Source: Bacteroidota bacterium (GTDB taxonomy: Bacteria; Bacteroidota; Bacteroidia; Bacteroidales; Porphyromonadaceae). Taken from it: DNA of 62,873 bases. The position numbers and the translations under genes were made by a program. Positions 48,979-59,071 of this stretch are shown piece by piece; position 1 is the first letter of the stretch; every line of letters begins with the position of its first letter. Below the pieces are notes generated by a model. It made no database searches. It was not told the DNA's origin and was given only the letters and a program-made list of their open reading frames with translations. The DNA lies in NCBI GenBank assembly GCA_023388555.1, contig JAEWGA010000036.1, positions 1 to 62,873 on the forward strand, given 5' to 3'.

Positions 48979-50990
48979 ATAAGTAGGTTCTTGGGAGTTA
49001 TAACACGGTCGCCCAACCCTTCGGAAATCATACTTTTAAGTTTGTTAAGTTGTAATATTTCCGCTGTGAGTTGTTCGCTAACCTTCTGGTCCTCGGCGCT
49101 TGAAGTTAAAGATTTTAAGCGCACCAAGCGTTCTGTAATACGCTTTTCCACTGTTAAATATTTCAAGGACAAGATATCCGTCATCAGAGCCTTAAAAATG
49201 TATCGTGCCTGACTACTTTCTTGCTCATACTGGTCATGGAGGCGAGATAAATTGTAGCCATCTATTAAACAGTGGTTGGTTATTTTACGAATATTATCAT
49301 TGGGGTCCGACAGTAATGCTTTACTAACATCCGTATGGGTATGGGCTATGGACTCTTGGCACAAACTTATGATTTGCTCGAAGGTGGCAGACAAATCGTT
49401 GCTTTCGCGTAAATCCTGGGTTTCGGCCAAAATCAAATCGAGCAGTGTAAAGCGCTCTGTTGTTTGCGTAGAAGGATCCATCTCCTCAATTTCTAAGTTC
49501 CCATACTGAACCAAATATTTTATAATGGCATATTCACCCTTTTGTAACGAGGCTGTTTCCGTTTTCGGGGGCTGAGGAGTAATGGTAGACTGTGGCTCGG
49601 GGAGAGCAGTTTCTTCAGGAGAGGAGGCCGAAAGCCTTTGTTGGCGAAGTTCTTCTCGCTCTTTTTCCCGGAACTCTTCTTGCTTCTGTTTCTTCCGAAT
49701 GGAGGAAACCGTTCCGGCAAGAGCTTCTAAGCTCATTCCCAGCAAGTCCGCAGCATCTTGTAGGTAAACCTCTCTTTTTATGCTATCCGAGATATGGGCT
49801 ATGGTTTTAGCAATGTCGTTTATTAAGTAAACGCGCTGGCTGGGGTCCTGTATGGCAGCACCACCAAGCCTTATTCGGAAACGTATAAAGTCCTCCTCGT
49901 GCTTGCTAATATACTCCTCTATAGCTTCCCTCGAGTGGCTTTTAGCAAAGCTGTCGGGGTCGTGCCCCTCGGGCAGCAAAACAATACGTACATTCATATC
50001 CTGGTCCAGGAGTAGGTTTATGCCCCGTATTGCGGCTTTAATGCCAGCTGCATCGCTATCGAAAACCAGTGTCACTTGGTCCGTAAACCTCTTTATAAGT
50101 CGGCACTGCTCAACAGTAAGAGCTGTTCCCGAAGACGCCACAACATTCTCTATCCCCGCTTGGTGTAACGAAATAACATCGGTATACCCCTCTACAATCA
50201 AACATTTATCGTGTTTGGTGATGGCATGTTTTGCAAAGTATATACCATATAGCTCCTTCCCTTTGTTGTATATTGGACTGTCGGGCGAGTTAATATATTT
50301 GGCCAGTTTATCGGCCTGCTTCATTACCCGCCCACCAAAGCCTACAACATTTCCACTAATGGAGTGAATGGGGAATATAACGCGCTCCCGAAAGCGGTCC
50401 GTATATTCGCCACTGGTTTTACTGGGATAAATTAACCCTAACACCTCCAGTGCTTTAAGCTCCAACCCTTTCTCTTTAGCCAGCGCACTTAAAAAGTGGG
50501 GAGTAGCTGGGGAGTAGCCCAACTGGAATTTCTCTATGCTCTGCTCCGTAAATTGTCGTTCTTTAAAGTAGGATAACCCTATCATTCGCCCCTCTCCACT
50601 TTGGTGAAGGCTTTGAACAAAAGCGTCTCGGACTATGCTATTGGTTAAAAACAGCTGTTCCCGTTCGCTTTGCTCTGCTTTTTCTTCGTCGGACAGTTCC
50701 TTTTCTACAATAGGAATTCCATATTTCTTTGCTAAATAACGGAGTGCCTCGGCGTACGAAATATTTTCGTGCTTTATAAGAAAGTTTAGGGGAGTACCAC
50801 CTTCGCCACAAGCAAAACACTTGCAAATATTTTTGGAAGGGGATACGTAAAACGAAGGGCGTTTATCGCTATGAAAAGGGCAAAGCCCAACATAATTGGC
50901 TCCTCTCCGGCGAAGCGAAACAAAGTCGCTCACCACGTCATATATTTCGGCCCTATCAAGAATGGCGTTAACGGTTGCTTTATCAATCAT
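48975..50990 (-). CDS. dnaG: DNA primase
   Basis: CPFH..C..C zinc finger, KYINSP, VEGYTD, FDSDAAG, DPD. Confidence 0.97.
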   Translation of the reverse strand: MIDKATVNAILDRAEIYDVVSDFVSLRRRGANYVGLCPFHSDKRPSFYVSPSKNICKCFACGEGGTPLNFLIKHENISYAEALRYLAKKYGIPIVEKELSDEEKAEQSEREQLFLTNSIVRDAFVQSLHQSGEGRMIGLSYFKERQFTEQSIEKFQLGYSPATPHFLSALAKEKGLELKALEVLGLIYPSKTSGEYTDRFRERVIFPIHSISGNVVGFGGRVMKQADKLAKYINSPDSPIYNKGKELYGIYFAKHAITKHDKCLIVEGYTDVISLHQAGIENVVASSGTALTVEQCRLIKRFTDQVTLVFDSDAAGIKAAIRGINLLLDQDMNVRIVLLPEGHDPDSFAKSHSREAIEEYISKHEEDFIRFRIRLGGAAIQDPSQRVYLINDIAKTIAHISDSIKREVYLQDAADLLGMSLEALAGTVSSIRKKQKQEEFREKEREELRQQRLSASSPEETALPEPQSTITPQPPKTETASLQKGEYAIIKYLVQYGNLEIEEMDPSTQTTERFTLLDLILAETQDLRESNDLSATFEQIISLCQESIAHTHTDVSKALLSDPNDNIRKITNHCLIDGYNLSRLHDQYEQESSQARYIFKALMTDILSLKYLTVEKRITERLVRLKSLTSSAEDQKVSEQLTAEILQLNKLKSMISEGLGDRVITPKNLLI

Positions 50991-51759
50991 CGGGATTCGT
51001 TTTTTTCAACCGCTCCCAATAAGCCCTCGCCCTCAACAAATCTTCGGGGGTATCGATGCCTTTAGGTGCATTTTCTTCTAACTTTTCGGTGATAACTACC
51101 GTGCGTATCTGGAACCCATTTTCCAGCCAGCGCAGTTGCTCTAAACACTCCGACACCTCTAATTGGGAGGGCGGTATTTGGGTAATTTGGGCTAACGTTT
51201 CTCGGCGGAAAGCATATAGGCCAATATGGGAAAAATAGGGTATGGAAGTAATAGCTGTATTGTCTCGGACAAAAGGAATAGCAGCTCTACTAAAATAGAG
51301 CGCATCTCCGTTCTTACGGCATACCACCTTTACCAAATTCGGGTTGGCAGCATCCACAATGCTATTAATAGGAGTTATAGGAGTAGCTATATTTACGGAA
51401 GAGTCCTGAAAGCAGGATTTCAGTGCTGCCAAAATAGCAGGGGGGAAAAAGGGCTCGTCGCCCTGGATATTAATAACAACATCTTCACTAACACCCATTA
51501 AATTGCAAGCCTCGGCTATCCTATCGGTGCCACTTTTATGAGCAGGCGAGGTTAAGGTAACCTCTCCTTTCCACGAGGCAACCTCATCAACAATCCTACT
51601 GTCATCGGTAGCAACAATAACCCTATCCAGGTACTTTTTAGCACGTTCGTATACGTGTCGTATAATGCTCCGGTCACCTATTTTCTCTAACGGCTTACCG
51701 GGCAGGCGTGTAGATGCATACCGGGCAGGTATAACCCCTACGTATGTTAATTCCTTCAT
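50983..51759 (-). CDS. kdsB: 3-deoxy-manno-octulosonate cytidylyltransferase
   Basis: IPARYASTRLPGKPL, SGTDR, NIQGDEP, ALYFSR, LEQLRWL. Confidence 0.95.
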   Translation of the reverse strand: MKELTYVGVIPARYASTRLPGKPLEKIGDRSIIRHVYERAKKYLDRVIVATDDSRIVDEVASWKGEVTLTSPAHKSGTDRIAEACNLMGVSEDVVINIQGDEPFFPPAILAALKSCFQDSSVNIATPITPINSIVDAANPNLVKVVCRKNGDALYFSRAAIPFVRDNTAITSIPYFSHIGLYAFRRETLAQITQIPPSQLEVSECLEQLRWLENGFQIRTVVITEKLEENAPKGIDTPEDLLRARAYWERLKKTNPDD

Positions 51760-51935
51760 AATTATTTGTGCTGAAAAAGCCTGTATTGTAAATCCAAGTT
51801 CAAATATAAAGATTTCTACCCCTCTAATAAAAACACAACTTGTTAATAATGCGCAACAGCACCATTTCTGCCCCATAGGAAAGAGCCCTTAGCGAAAGGG
51901 TTGGCGTGTATTATTGGGAGAAAATTAAAAATTCG

Positions 51936-52045
51936 TACCTTTGTAGCTCGTATTTACACCATCGGCGGATGGTGTTTCCTATCCGAAACTCGGAGACTTA
52001 GGTATTCTGTTATTCTCCAATATACACGGAACACCTAAGGAAGTG
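51936..52045 (+). promoter_or_regulatory. -7 promoter element followed by a multi-hairpin 5' leader
   Basis: TACCTTTG at 51936-51943; hairpins acaccatc/gatggtgt, tccg/cgga and cttaggt/acctaag. Confidence 0.5.
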
Positions 52046-52063
52046 GAACTAAAATAATAATTT

Positions 52064-52537
52064 ATGAGATCCAAAGCTTTAGGGCTTGGTTTGTTTTCGG
52101 CCTTGTTATGGGTAATTTTAGTCTCGGGCAAGGTTATTGAGCAAGTACCAGAGTTAAATGGTGCTGCTGGAGAACGAATACCAAGCATCCAGGTGAATGG
52201 AGTGGACTTGCAGCAGTACCCCAAAGTACAGCTACTATTATGGTCCAGAAAAGATGCTAAGTCGCGCATGGTTAATGTATGGCTAAGCCAAAAACAGCAA
52301 GATGCTCCCTTTATATCTGTTTGCATCGATGCAGATACCGAAACTGCCAAACGGTACGCAGCTGTGGACGGAGTGGAGACTGCTACACAAGTAGTTGGCA
52401 TAGATGCCAGCAAGGACTTAACAAATTGGCTATCAACAAAAAAACAGTTAGGTGCTATTCTGTTTGAAAATGGCATTATTAAAGAGCCTTGTTCAACAGA
52501 AAAGTTGTGGAGCCAAATAGCCCATTCACATTTATGA
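52064..52537 (+). CDS. Thioredoxin/TlpA-like protein lacking CxxC
   Basis: N-terminal membrane anchor; LLLWSRKDAKSR at the position of the usual FWAxWCxxC; FISVCID. Confidence 0.6.
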   Translation: MRSKALGLGLFSALLWVILVSGKVIEQVPELNGAAGERIPSIQVNGVDLQQYPKVQLLLWSRKDAKSRMVNVWLSQKQQDAPFISVCIDADTETAKRYAAVDGVETATQVVGIDASKDLTNWLSTKKQLGAILFENGIIKEPCSTEKLWSQIAHSHL

Positions 52538-52596
52538 AGCAGACGCTTTAGAGTTCCAGGCGAAGCTTGGTAACCTTTGTTCTATACCGGAGCCGG

Positions 52597-52627
52597 AAGA
52601 TTAAACCCTTCCAGCCCCGGTTTTTTT
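52597..52627 (+). terminator. Probable intrinsic terminator
   Basis: Imperfect ccggagccggaag/cttccagccccgg stem (left arm starts at 52587) followed by a T7 run. Confidence 0.5.
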
Positions 52628-52909
52628 GTAACAGCAATTGCTACCCAACAGACAAAAAACAGCATCTGTCCATTTTATCAGAAAGTTTTCCCCTCCCCTC
52701 AAGGACAGAACGGGATAATTTAACAAGGGAGTTTCGGGCGCCCCCCCAAAAAAGGATATCGGAGCAAGAGATGTTTTTTAGAGCGGATTTTGGGGAAGAA
52801 AAATCAGGTAGTATTTCGGTGTTTTTTTTGGGGGGATTGGGGCGGAAAGTTGGGGTGATTTTTGGGGAGGTTTTGGAGGGGATAAAAAAAGTATCTGCGG
52901 AGTCCTTCA

Positions 52910-52975
52910 AAAAAGAAAGCGCAGTTTGTCGTAACGAAAAGCGGAGTTTGTTGAAAAAGAAAGCGCAGTTATTTT
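52910..52975. repeat. Degenerate ~22-bp direct repeats
   Basis: aaaaagaaagcgcagtt occurs twice, with aaaagcggagtttg between. Confidence 0.65.
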
Positions 52976-53045
52976 TACACAACTTTTAACACACCTCGCA
53001 AACCCGCTCCAATAAAGGGATTGCGGGCGGTCGCCCTTTTACCTT

Positions 53046-53165
53046 CAAAATCACCCCATTTTCGACCCCAAAAATCGCCCCATTTTTCACCCCAAAAATC
53101 ATCCCATTTTTCACCCCAAAAATCATCCCGTTTTTCATCCCAGAATCATCCTATTTTTTTCATCC
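53046..53165. repeat. 24-bp tandem repeat (four clear copies plus one degenerate)
   Basis: Units caaaatcaccccattttcgacccc / aaaaatcgccccatttttcacccc / aaaaatcatcccatttttcacccc / aaaaatcatcccgtttttcatccc. Confidence 0.85.
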
Positions 53166-53504
53166 AAGAGACACCCATTTTCCTCAAAACAATAGCTCCC
53201 CCAAAAACGGGTCAATTTTCGCCCCCTTTTTACCACACCTCCCCAAACAGTCACTTTTCCCTCTAAAAAGTTATGGGGGAAACGTCCAAAAAGGAGAATA
53301 CAAGGAAGCGAAACAAAAGTTACGGAGAGCGAGGCTTAGCTTTTGAGGTGAATCCCCAAAATTTAGGTACAAAGCTTTGGTGCCACTTCATTACCGTTTT
53401 TTTGTTCCCACGGCTTAAATTAACAAATCCTTTGCATTAATCATAGGGTCGATGCACCAAAAATGGTATTTTTGTTGTACCGTACGATACAAACATATAC
53501 ACCT

Positions 53505-54488
53505 ATGACACCCACTGTTGCCATAATCATAACCGGTATCGCACTTGCGCTCTTTGCCGGACTTATTATTTACCGGCTTCTACTACGCAAGCGATCTAAA
53601 GTATTAGCCGAGGACCTCCTAAAAAAAATTGCCTCGGAAGGTGGTAATACCCCCATCCAACCAAGCTCCTTTCCCAAGCACTCTGCTTCCCAGTTTCAAC
53701 GCGCCATTAGCTTTGCGAAAAAACAGGGCTGGCTACAACAAGTCAACGGGGTATTAATTGCCACTAAAGCAGGGCTCGAACACGGGAAAAGCATTGTGCG
53801 TACGCACCGGATAATAGAAACCTACTTGGCAGAACGAACAGGGTACCCGCCCTACGAATGGCATAAACGCGCCGAGAAGTTGGAGCATAAGCTACACTCC
53901 AAAGCCAACGAGCTGATGCTGGACCTTGGGTGCCCCGTGGTGGACCCCAACGGTGATCCTATACCATCGCCACAGGGCAAATGCCCCAATTTGGGTTACC
54001 TTCCTGCCACCCAGGCTGAGAATGGTTATTACCGTATAGCTGCTATTAACGACCGGAACGAGGAGCTTTACACCACCCTTGCGCTACACCATTTTCACAA
54101 AGGAACGCCCGTGCACCTCACCCATACCCCCGAGGGCATTTGCCTCCAGTCCGTTTCCAACAAAATCACCATTGCCAAACAATGGCAACAGGACATCCAG
54201 CTGCTACCTTCCCCCCACCCCTCCAACGCCAATACGGTTACAACCCTATGGGAGCTTACCCCTGGAGAAAAAGCCATTATAATTGGTCCCGACTCCAGCC
54301 TTATTGGCATGCGTAGGCGAAGGCTTTCGGACCTTGGTTTTGTAAAGGGGGGCGAGGTTTCTGTGTACATGGATAGTCCCTTACAAAACCCCAAAGCCTA
54401 TTTAATACGGGACACCGCAATAGCACTACGCAAAGAGCAAGCCCAACACATACTAATACGAAAAATCACCCCTTACCCCCAAAGCTAA
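53505..54488 (+). CDS. DtxR/MntR-like metal-binding protein with N-terminal TM helix and C-terminal FeoA domain(s)
   Basis: TM helix; EDLLK; RTHRIIETYL, HKRAEKLEH, DPNGDPIP; FeoA motif RRRLSDLGF..G...SPL.NP.AY.IR...IALR. Confidence 0.85.
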   Translation: MTPTVAIIITGIALALFAGLIIYRLLLRKRSKVLAEDLLKKIASEGGNTPIQPSSFPKHSASQFQRAISFAKKQGWLQQVNGVLIATKAGLEHGKSIVRTHRIIETYLAERTGYPPYEWHKRAEKLEHKLHSKANELMLDLGCPVVDPNGDPIPSPQGKCPNLGYLPATQAENGYYRIAAINDRNEELYTTLALHHFHKGTPVHLTHTPEGICLQSVSNKITIAKQWQQDIQLLPSPHPSNANTVTTLWELTPGEKAIIIGPDSSLIGMRRRRLSDLGFVKGGEVSVYMDSPLQNPKAYLIRDTAIALRKEQAQHILIRKITPYPQS

Positions 54489-54492
54489 CCCC

Positions 54493-55239
54493 ATGGACAA
54501 CAATACAGTATTACACAAAGGGAAGAGCAATATTCCCAAAGGATGTTACACCATTGCCTTAGCCGGAAACCCCAACACCGGGAAAAGCACCCTATTTAAT
54601 GCCCTAACAGGCTTACACCAACACACTGGGAATTGGCCCGGAAAAACGGTTGCACGTGCCGAAGGCAGCTTCGAGTACAAGGGGAAGCAGTATAAAATTG
54701 TCGACCTCCCCGGCACCTACTCCCTCCTCTCCACAAGCGAGGACGAAGAGGTGGCACGCAACTTCATTCTTTTTGGTCAGCCCGCCCTCACCATTATTAT
54801 TGCCGATGCTACTCGCTTGGAGCGAAACCTGAATTTGGTGTTACAAATTTTGGGAATCACAGCTAACGCCATACTGGTGGTAAACCTTTTGGATGAGGCT
54901 GCAAGAAACAGTATTACAATCGACCTTAACAAGCTTAGCGAACGGCTTCATATCCCCGTTGTAGGGACCTCGGCAAGGGAAGGGAAAGGGATACCAGAAC
55001 TCCTGGAAACCATACACAAAGTGGTAACCGGAGAGCTCCCCCCTGCCACACCGCCACACAAACTGGAAAACATCTCGGGCGAGGTAGCCCAAGCCCTCCA
55101 GGAAATAACGACAAAACTAAAAGCTATTTACCCCCAACTGCCTAATGCCGAATGGGTGGCTATGCGCTTACTGGAGGGAGATAGCCGTATGCAACTTGCT
55201 GTTACTAAAAACCAATGGGACCCTTATGATGAAAAATAA
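54493..55239 (+). CDS. feoB: FeoB N-terminal GTPase domain (split gene)
   Basis: [27 protein letters not shown]. Confidence 0.9.
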   Translation: MDNNTVLHKGKSNIPKGCYTIALAGNPNTGKSTLFNALTGLHQHTGNWPGKTVARAEGSFEYKGKQYKIVDLPGTYSLLSTSEDEEVARNFILFGQPALTIIIADATRLERNLNLVLQILGITANAILVVNLLDEAARNSITIDLNKLSERLHIPVVGTSAREGKGIPELLETIHKVVTGELPPATPPHKLENISGEVAQALQEITTKLKAIYPQLPNAEWVAMRLLEGDSRMQLAVTKNQWDPYDEK

Positions 55240-56674
55240 AAACACCAACGCTCAGCACCTCGAAGAGCTTCACGACCTCCATGAAACGGTTGAAAAATGG
55301 AGGCACCTGGTGGACAGCACCTTGCACGACCAAGTAACAGAAGCCATTTACAAAGAAGCCAAGGATATTGCCCAAGAGGTGGTGCAATACGGCAGTAGGG
55401 ACAGAAATATGTCCTACGACCGGAAGATAGATAAAATCCTAACCAGCAAGGTTTGGGGGTTCCCTATTATGGTTTTTCTCCTGGGCTTAGTCCTATGGAT
55501 TACTATTATTGGCGCCAACTATCCCTCCCAATGGCTATCGGACACCCTTATAGGGTGGCTCTACCCCCTGCTTAAAACGGGTGCCTCAAAGGTTTTTCCG
55601 CAACTCTTTGCCAGTTTTTTAACCGATGGAGTGTACCTAACTACCGCCTGGGTGGTAGCTGTTATGCTTCCCCCCATGGCTATCTTCTTCCCGCTCTTCA
55701 CACTGTTGGAGGACTTTGGGTACCTCCCCCGCGTTGCTTTTAATTTGGACAGTCTCTTCAACAAGTGCGGAGCCCACGGCAAACAAGCCCTTACCATGAC
55801 GATGGGCTTTGGGTGCAATGCCGCCGGTGTGGTTGCCACCCGAATCATCGACAGCCCCCGCGAACGCTTAATAGCCATTATCACCAACAACTTTTCCTTA
55901 TGCAACGGCAGGTGGCCAACCCAAATTATCATTGCCACACTGTTCATTGGGGGCGTGGTTTCTCCGCAACTATCGTCGTTGGTATCCTTTGGGGCAGTAC
56001 TCGCAATAGCCCTATTAGGCATTGGGGTTATGTTCCTCACCTCCTGGTTGCTCTCCCGTACTATCCTTAAAGGTGAAGTTTCCACCTTTAACTTGGAGCT
56101 ACCCCCTTACCGTCCTCCTAAAATATGGCAAACGTTGTACACCTCGCTCATCGACCGTACGCTTATTGTATTGTGGAGGGCCATTGTTTTTGCAGCCCCC
56201 GCAGGCGCAGTAATATGGCTTATTTGCAACATAAACATAGGGGGCAGTAGCATTGCCGAGTGGGGCGTTTGGTATTTAAACGACTTTGGTTGGCTCATGG
56301 GGCTTAACGGGGTTATCCTGCTTGCCTACATTATAGCCATACCCGCCAACGAAATTGTATTACCCACCATTTTAATGCTTACCATACTCACCGTGCCCTC
56401 CCTTAGTGGGTTAGGCAATGGTGCCGGTATACTCTACGAAGGGGAGTCCGTTCATATAACAGGCATGATTCTTCACGCTGGGGGCTGGACGTTATTAACT
56501 GCCATCAACCTAATGCTCTTCAGCCTACTACACAACCCTTGCAGTACTACGCTATACACCATTTACAAAGAAACAAGGAGCTGGAAGTGGACAGCAGTAT
56601 CGGCCCTACTCCCGGTATTCATTGGTGTACTCACCACCATTATTGTAGCGGCTATTTGGCGTTTCTTTAACTAA
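55226..56674 (+). CDS. feoB: FeoB membrane/Gate domain (split gene)
   Basis: [41 protein letters not shown] at 55226 overlaps the upstream stop. Confidence 0.9.
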   Translation: MMKNKNTNAQHLEELHDLHETVEKWRHLVDSTLHDQVTEAIYKEAKDIAQEVVQYGSRDRNMSYDRKIDKILTSKVWGFPIMVFLLGLVLWITIIGANYPSQWLSDTLIGWLYPLLKTGASKVFPQLFASFLTDGVYLTTAWVVAVMLPPMAIFFPLFTLLEDFGYLPRVAFNLDSLFNKCGAHGKQALTMTMGFGCNAAGVVATRIIDSPRERLIAIITNNFSLCNGRWPTQIIIATLFIGGVVSPQLSSLVSFGAVLAIALLGIGVMFLTSWLLSRTILKGEVSTFNLELPPYRPPKIWQTLYTSLIDRTLIVLWRAIVFAAPAGAVIWLICNINIGGSSIAEWGVWYLNDFGWLMGLNGVILLAYIIAIPANEIVLPTILMLTILTVPSLSGLGNGAGILYEGESVHITGMILHAGGWTLLTAINLMLFSLLHNPCSTTLYTIYKETRSWKWTAVSALLPVFIGVLTTIIVAAIWRFFN

Positions 56675-56682
56675 CCCAACCA

Positions 56683-57585
56683 ATGGACCCCAAAATAAAA
56701 GTAACCCTTGTAGGCACTGCCATAAACCTTGTTCTGCCACCTCTTAAGTTTATAGCAGGCCTGCTTGGTCACTCCAGTGCGCTTATAGCGGATGCTGTCC
56801 ACTCTTTGTCGGACCTCTTGTCGGACCTCATCGTTTACCTCTTCTTATCCATCTCCAACAAGTCGCGCGACGAAGATCACGACTACGGGCATGGACGCTT
56901 CGAAACCATTGCAACCCTATTTATTTCCCTTATCCTTGTTGGCGTTGCCGGCGCTATTGTATGGAACACAATACATGCCTTGTACCTCTATTTCTCTGCC
57001 GGCATTTTACCACCAACCCCAAGCATAATAACGCTATGGGTTATCATCCTCTCCATAATCCTTAAAGAGGTTGTTTTCCGGCTAACCCGCCGAGTAGCTC
57101 TCCAAACACGCTGCAACGCTATTATGGCCAACGCATGGCACCACCGGAGCGACGCCTACTCCTCCATAGCCACCCTCATAGGGGTTGGTGGCGCCATTGG
57201 TATAGGCAACGTGGGGCGCCTGCTCGAACCGCTATCCGCCTTCATTGTTGCCATTTTCATTTTAAAGGTAGCACTACAAATAGGGATACCCGCACTACAA
57301 GAGCTCTCCGACAAACATTTAGGAGCCGATATCGAAGAAAACATCCTAACCCTTATACAAACTGTGCCAGGCGTTCGGGACCCACACAACCTGCGTACAC
57401 GCCGCATAGGTCCAAACTACGCCATAGAGGTGGATATACGTGTAGATGGGCTTATGACCGTAGAACATGCCCATAACCTTACAATATGCATAGAGCAGAA
57501 GCTACGACAAGCCTACGGGGAGCGCACACACATCGTAATACACGTGGAACCACTTAACGCACCTTACCATGGGATACAAGAGTAG
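56683..57585 (+). CDS. Cation diffusion facilitator family transporter
   Basis: SALIADAVHSLSD, HDYGHGRFE, AWHHRSD, HNLRTR, IHVEP. Confidence 0.93.
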   Translation: MDPKIKVTLVGTAINLVLPPLKFIAGLLGHSSALIADAVHSLSDLLSDLIVYLFLSISNKSRDEDHDYGHGRFETIATLFISLILVGVAGAIVWNTIHALYLYFSAGILPPTPSIITLWVIILSIILKEVVFRLTRRVALQTRCNAIMANAWHHRSDAYSSIATLIGVGGAIGIGNVGRLLEPLSAFIVAIFILKVALQIGIPALQELSDKHLGADIEENILTLIQTVPGVRDPHNLRTRRIGPNYAIEVDIRVDGLMTVEHAHNLTICIEQKLRQAYGERTHIVIHVEPLNAPYHGIQE

Positions 57586-58201
57586 CACCACCATATTGCC
57601 TGCCCGCCTTGTTGAAAACAGACTGGAAGCTGGTGCCGACGAAGTAGGGCGCGGTTGTATAGCCGGGCCCGTAGTTGCAGCAGCCGTAATATTACCCCCA
57701 AACTTTAGCGTACCAGGCTTAACCGACTCTAAAAAACTGTCGGAAGCGCAAAGGATAACCTTCAAACAACTCATAGAACAAAAGGCTTTAGCCTATGCCG
57801 TAGCATTTGTTCACCCTCACACTATCGACCAAATTAATATCCTACAAGCCTCCATTCTTGCAATGAATAAAGCAATTGAGGCACTTAACCCCACCCCAGA
57901 ATTCCTGCTTGTCGACGGAAACAAATTCAGCTCCCACCTAAAAATACCCTACCAATGCATAGTTAAAGGAGACGCCAAAATAGGAAGCATTGCCGCAGCC
58001 TCTATTTTAGCAAAAGTTGCACGGGACAACTACATGAAACAAATGCACCAAACCTACCCCGAATATGGTTGGGCAACAAATGTTGGCTACCCCACTCCAC
58101 AACACTTAGAGGCATTACAAAAAAAAGGAAGCACCCCACTACACCGCAAAACTTTTAAACCCTGCCTACTCCGACCATTAGGGTTGGACTTCGACGCTTA
58201 G
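57569..58201 (+). CDS. rnhB: Ribonuclease HII
   Basis: GADEVGRG..AGPV, DSKKL, KGD, IAAASILAKVARD. Confidence 0.95.
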   Translation: MGYKSSTTILPARLVENRLEAGADEVGRGCIAGPVVAAAVILPPNFSVPGLTDSKKLSEAQRITFKQLIEQKALAYAVAFVHPHTIDQINILQASILAMNKAIEALNPTPEFLLVDGNKFSSHLKIPYQCIVKGDAKIGSIAAASILAKVARDNYMKQMHQTYPEYGWATNVGYPTPQHLEALQKKGSTPLHRKTFKPCLLRPLGLDFDA

Positions 58202-58451
58202 CCCACCTCCCCCCTCCTCACCTCCCCTCACCTCGCCCTCCTCGCCCTCCTCGCCTCGCCCCCACCCATTTTCACACGGCCCGTTTCCGCCTCTTTATTA
58301 CAACATATACTACCACCTCCAGCCTAAGGCCATACCCTCTCCGCACAAGGCTTTTACAAATAGTACTCCTTAGCAGCAAGAAACACTCAAATTATGCTAT
58401 AATACTATTTTTTACTACCTTCGTCCGATAAAAGAGATATAACATATAACA

Positions 58452-59036
58452 ATGGATAAAGTAAGTTACGCCTTAGGGCTAAGTATTGGACAAAACTTCC
58501 AAAGCACAGGCATCAAGGATTTACAAGCCGAGGACTTCTATAATGGGCTGTTAGATGTTATTAAAGGGCGTCAGCCCAAAATTTCGTACGAAGAAGCCCA
58601 ACAAGTTATAAACGCCTACTTCTCCCAACTGCAAAAGGAACGCTACCAAAACAACAAAGCGGCCGGAGAAGAGTTCTTGAAAATTAATGCGCACCGGGAC
58701 GACGTAACCGTATTGGACTCCGGCGTACAATACCAAGTATTAAAACAAGGCGACGGCCCTAAGCCCAAAGCAACCGATAAAGTAAAGTGCCATTACCACG
58801 GAACACTCATAAATGGAGTGGTTTTCGACTCGTCGGTAGACCGCGGCACACCCGCAACATTCCCTGTTAACGGCGTAATTAAAGGGTGGCAAGAAGTTTT
58901 ACAACTAATGCCCGTAGGCTCAAAATGGCGCGTTGCCATACCTTATGACTTAGCTTACGGAGAGCAAGGTGCCGGAAGCGCCATTGAACCCTACGCTACG
59001 CTCTTGTTCGACATAGAGCTTTTAGAAATCGTATAA
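58452..59036 (+). CDS. FKBP-type peptidylprolyl isomerase
   Basis: DKVSYALG, HYHGTL..G.VFDSS, VIKGW. Confidence 0.95.
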   Translation: MDKVSYALGLSIGQNFQSTGIKDLQAEDFYNGLLDVIKGRQPKISYEEAQQVINAYFSQLQKERYQNNKAAGEEFLKINAHRDDVTVLDSGVQYQVLKQGDGPKPKATDKVKCHYHGTLINGVVFDSSVDRGTPATFPVNGVIKGWQEVLQLMPVGSKWRVAIPYDLAYGEQGAGSAIEPYATLLFDIELLEIV

Positions 59037-59071
59037 AATCCAAAACCATAACAAATCACTATTTATCTCAC

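Noticed and set aside
53046..53165. 24-bp repeats as a CRISPR array
   Set aside because: Units are directly tandem with no unique spacers, and there are no cas genes in the window.
52567..53266. ORFs 52567..52989, 52641..52982 and 53021..53266
   Set aside because: They are translations of low-complexity repeat DNA without protein-like features.
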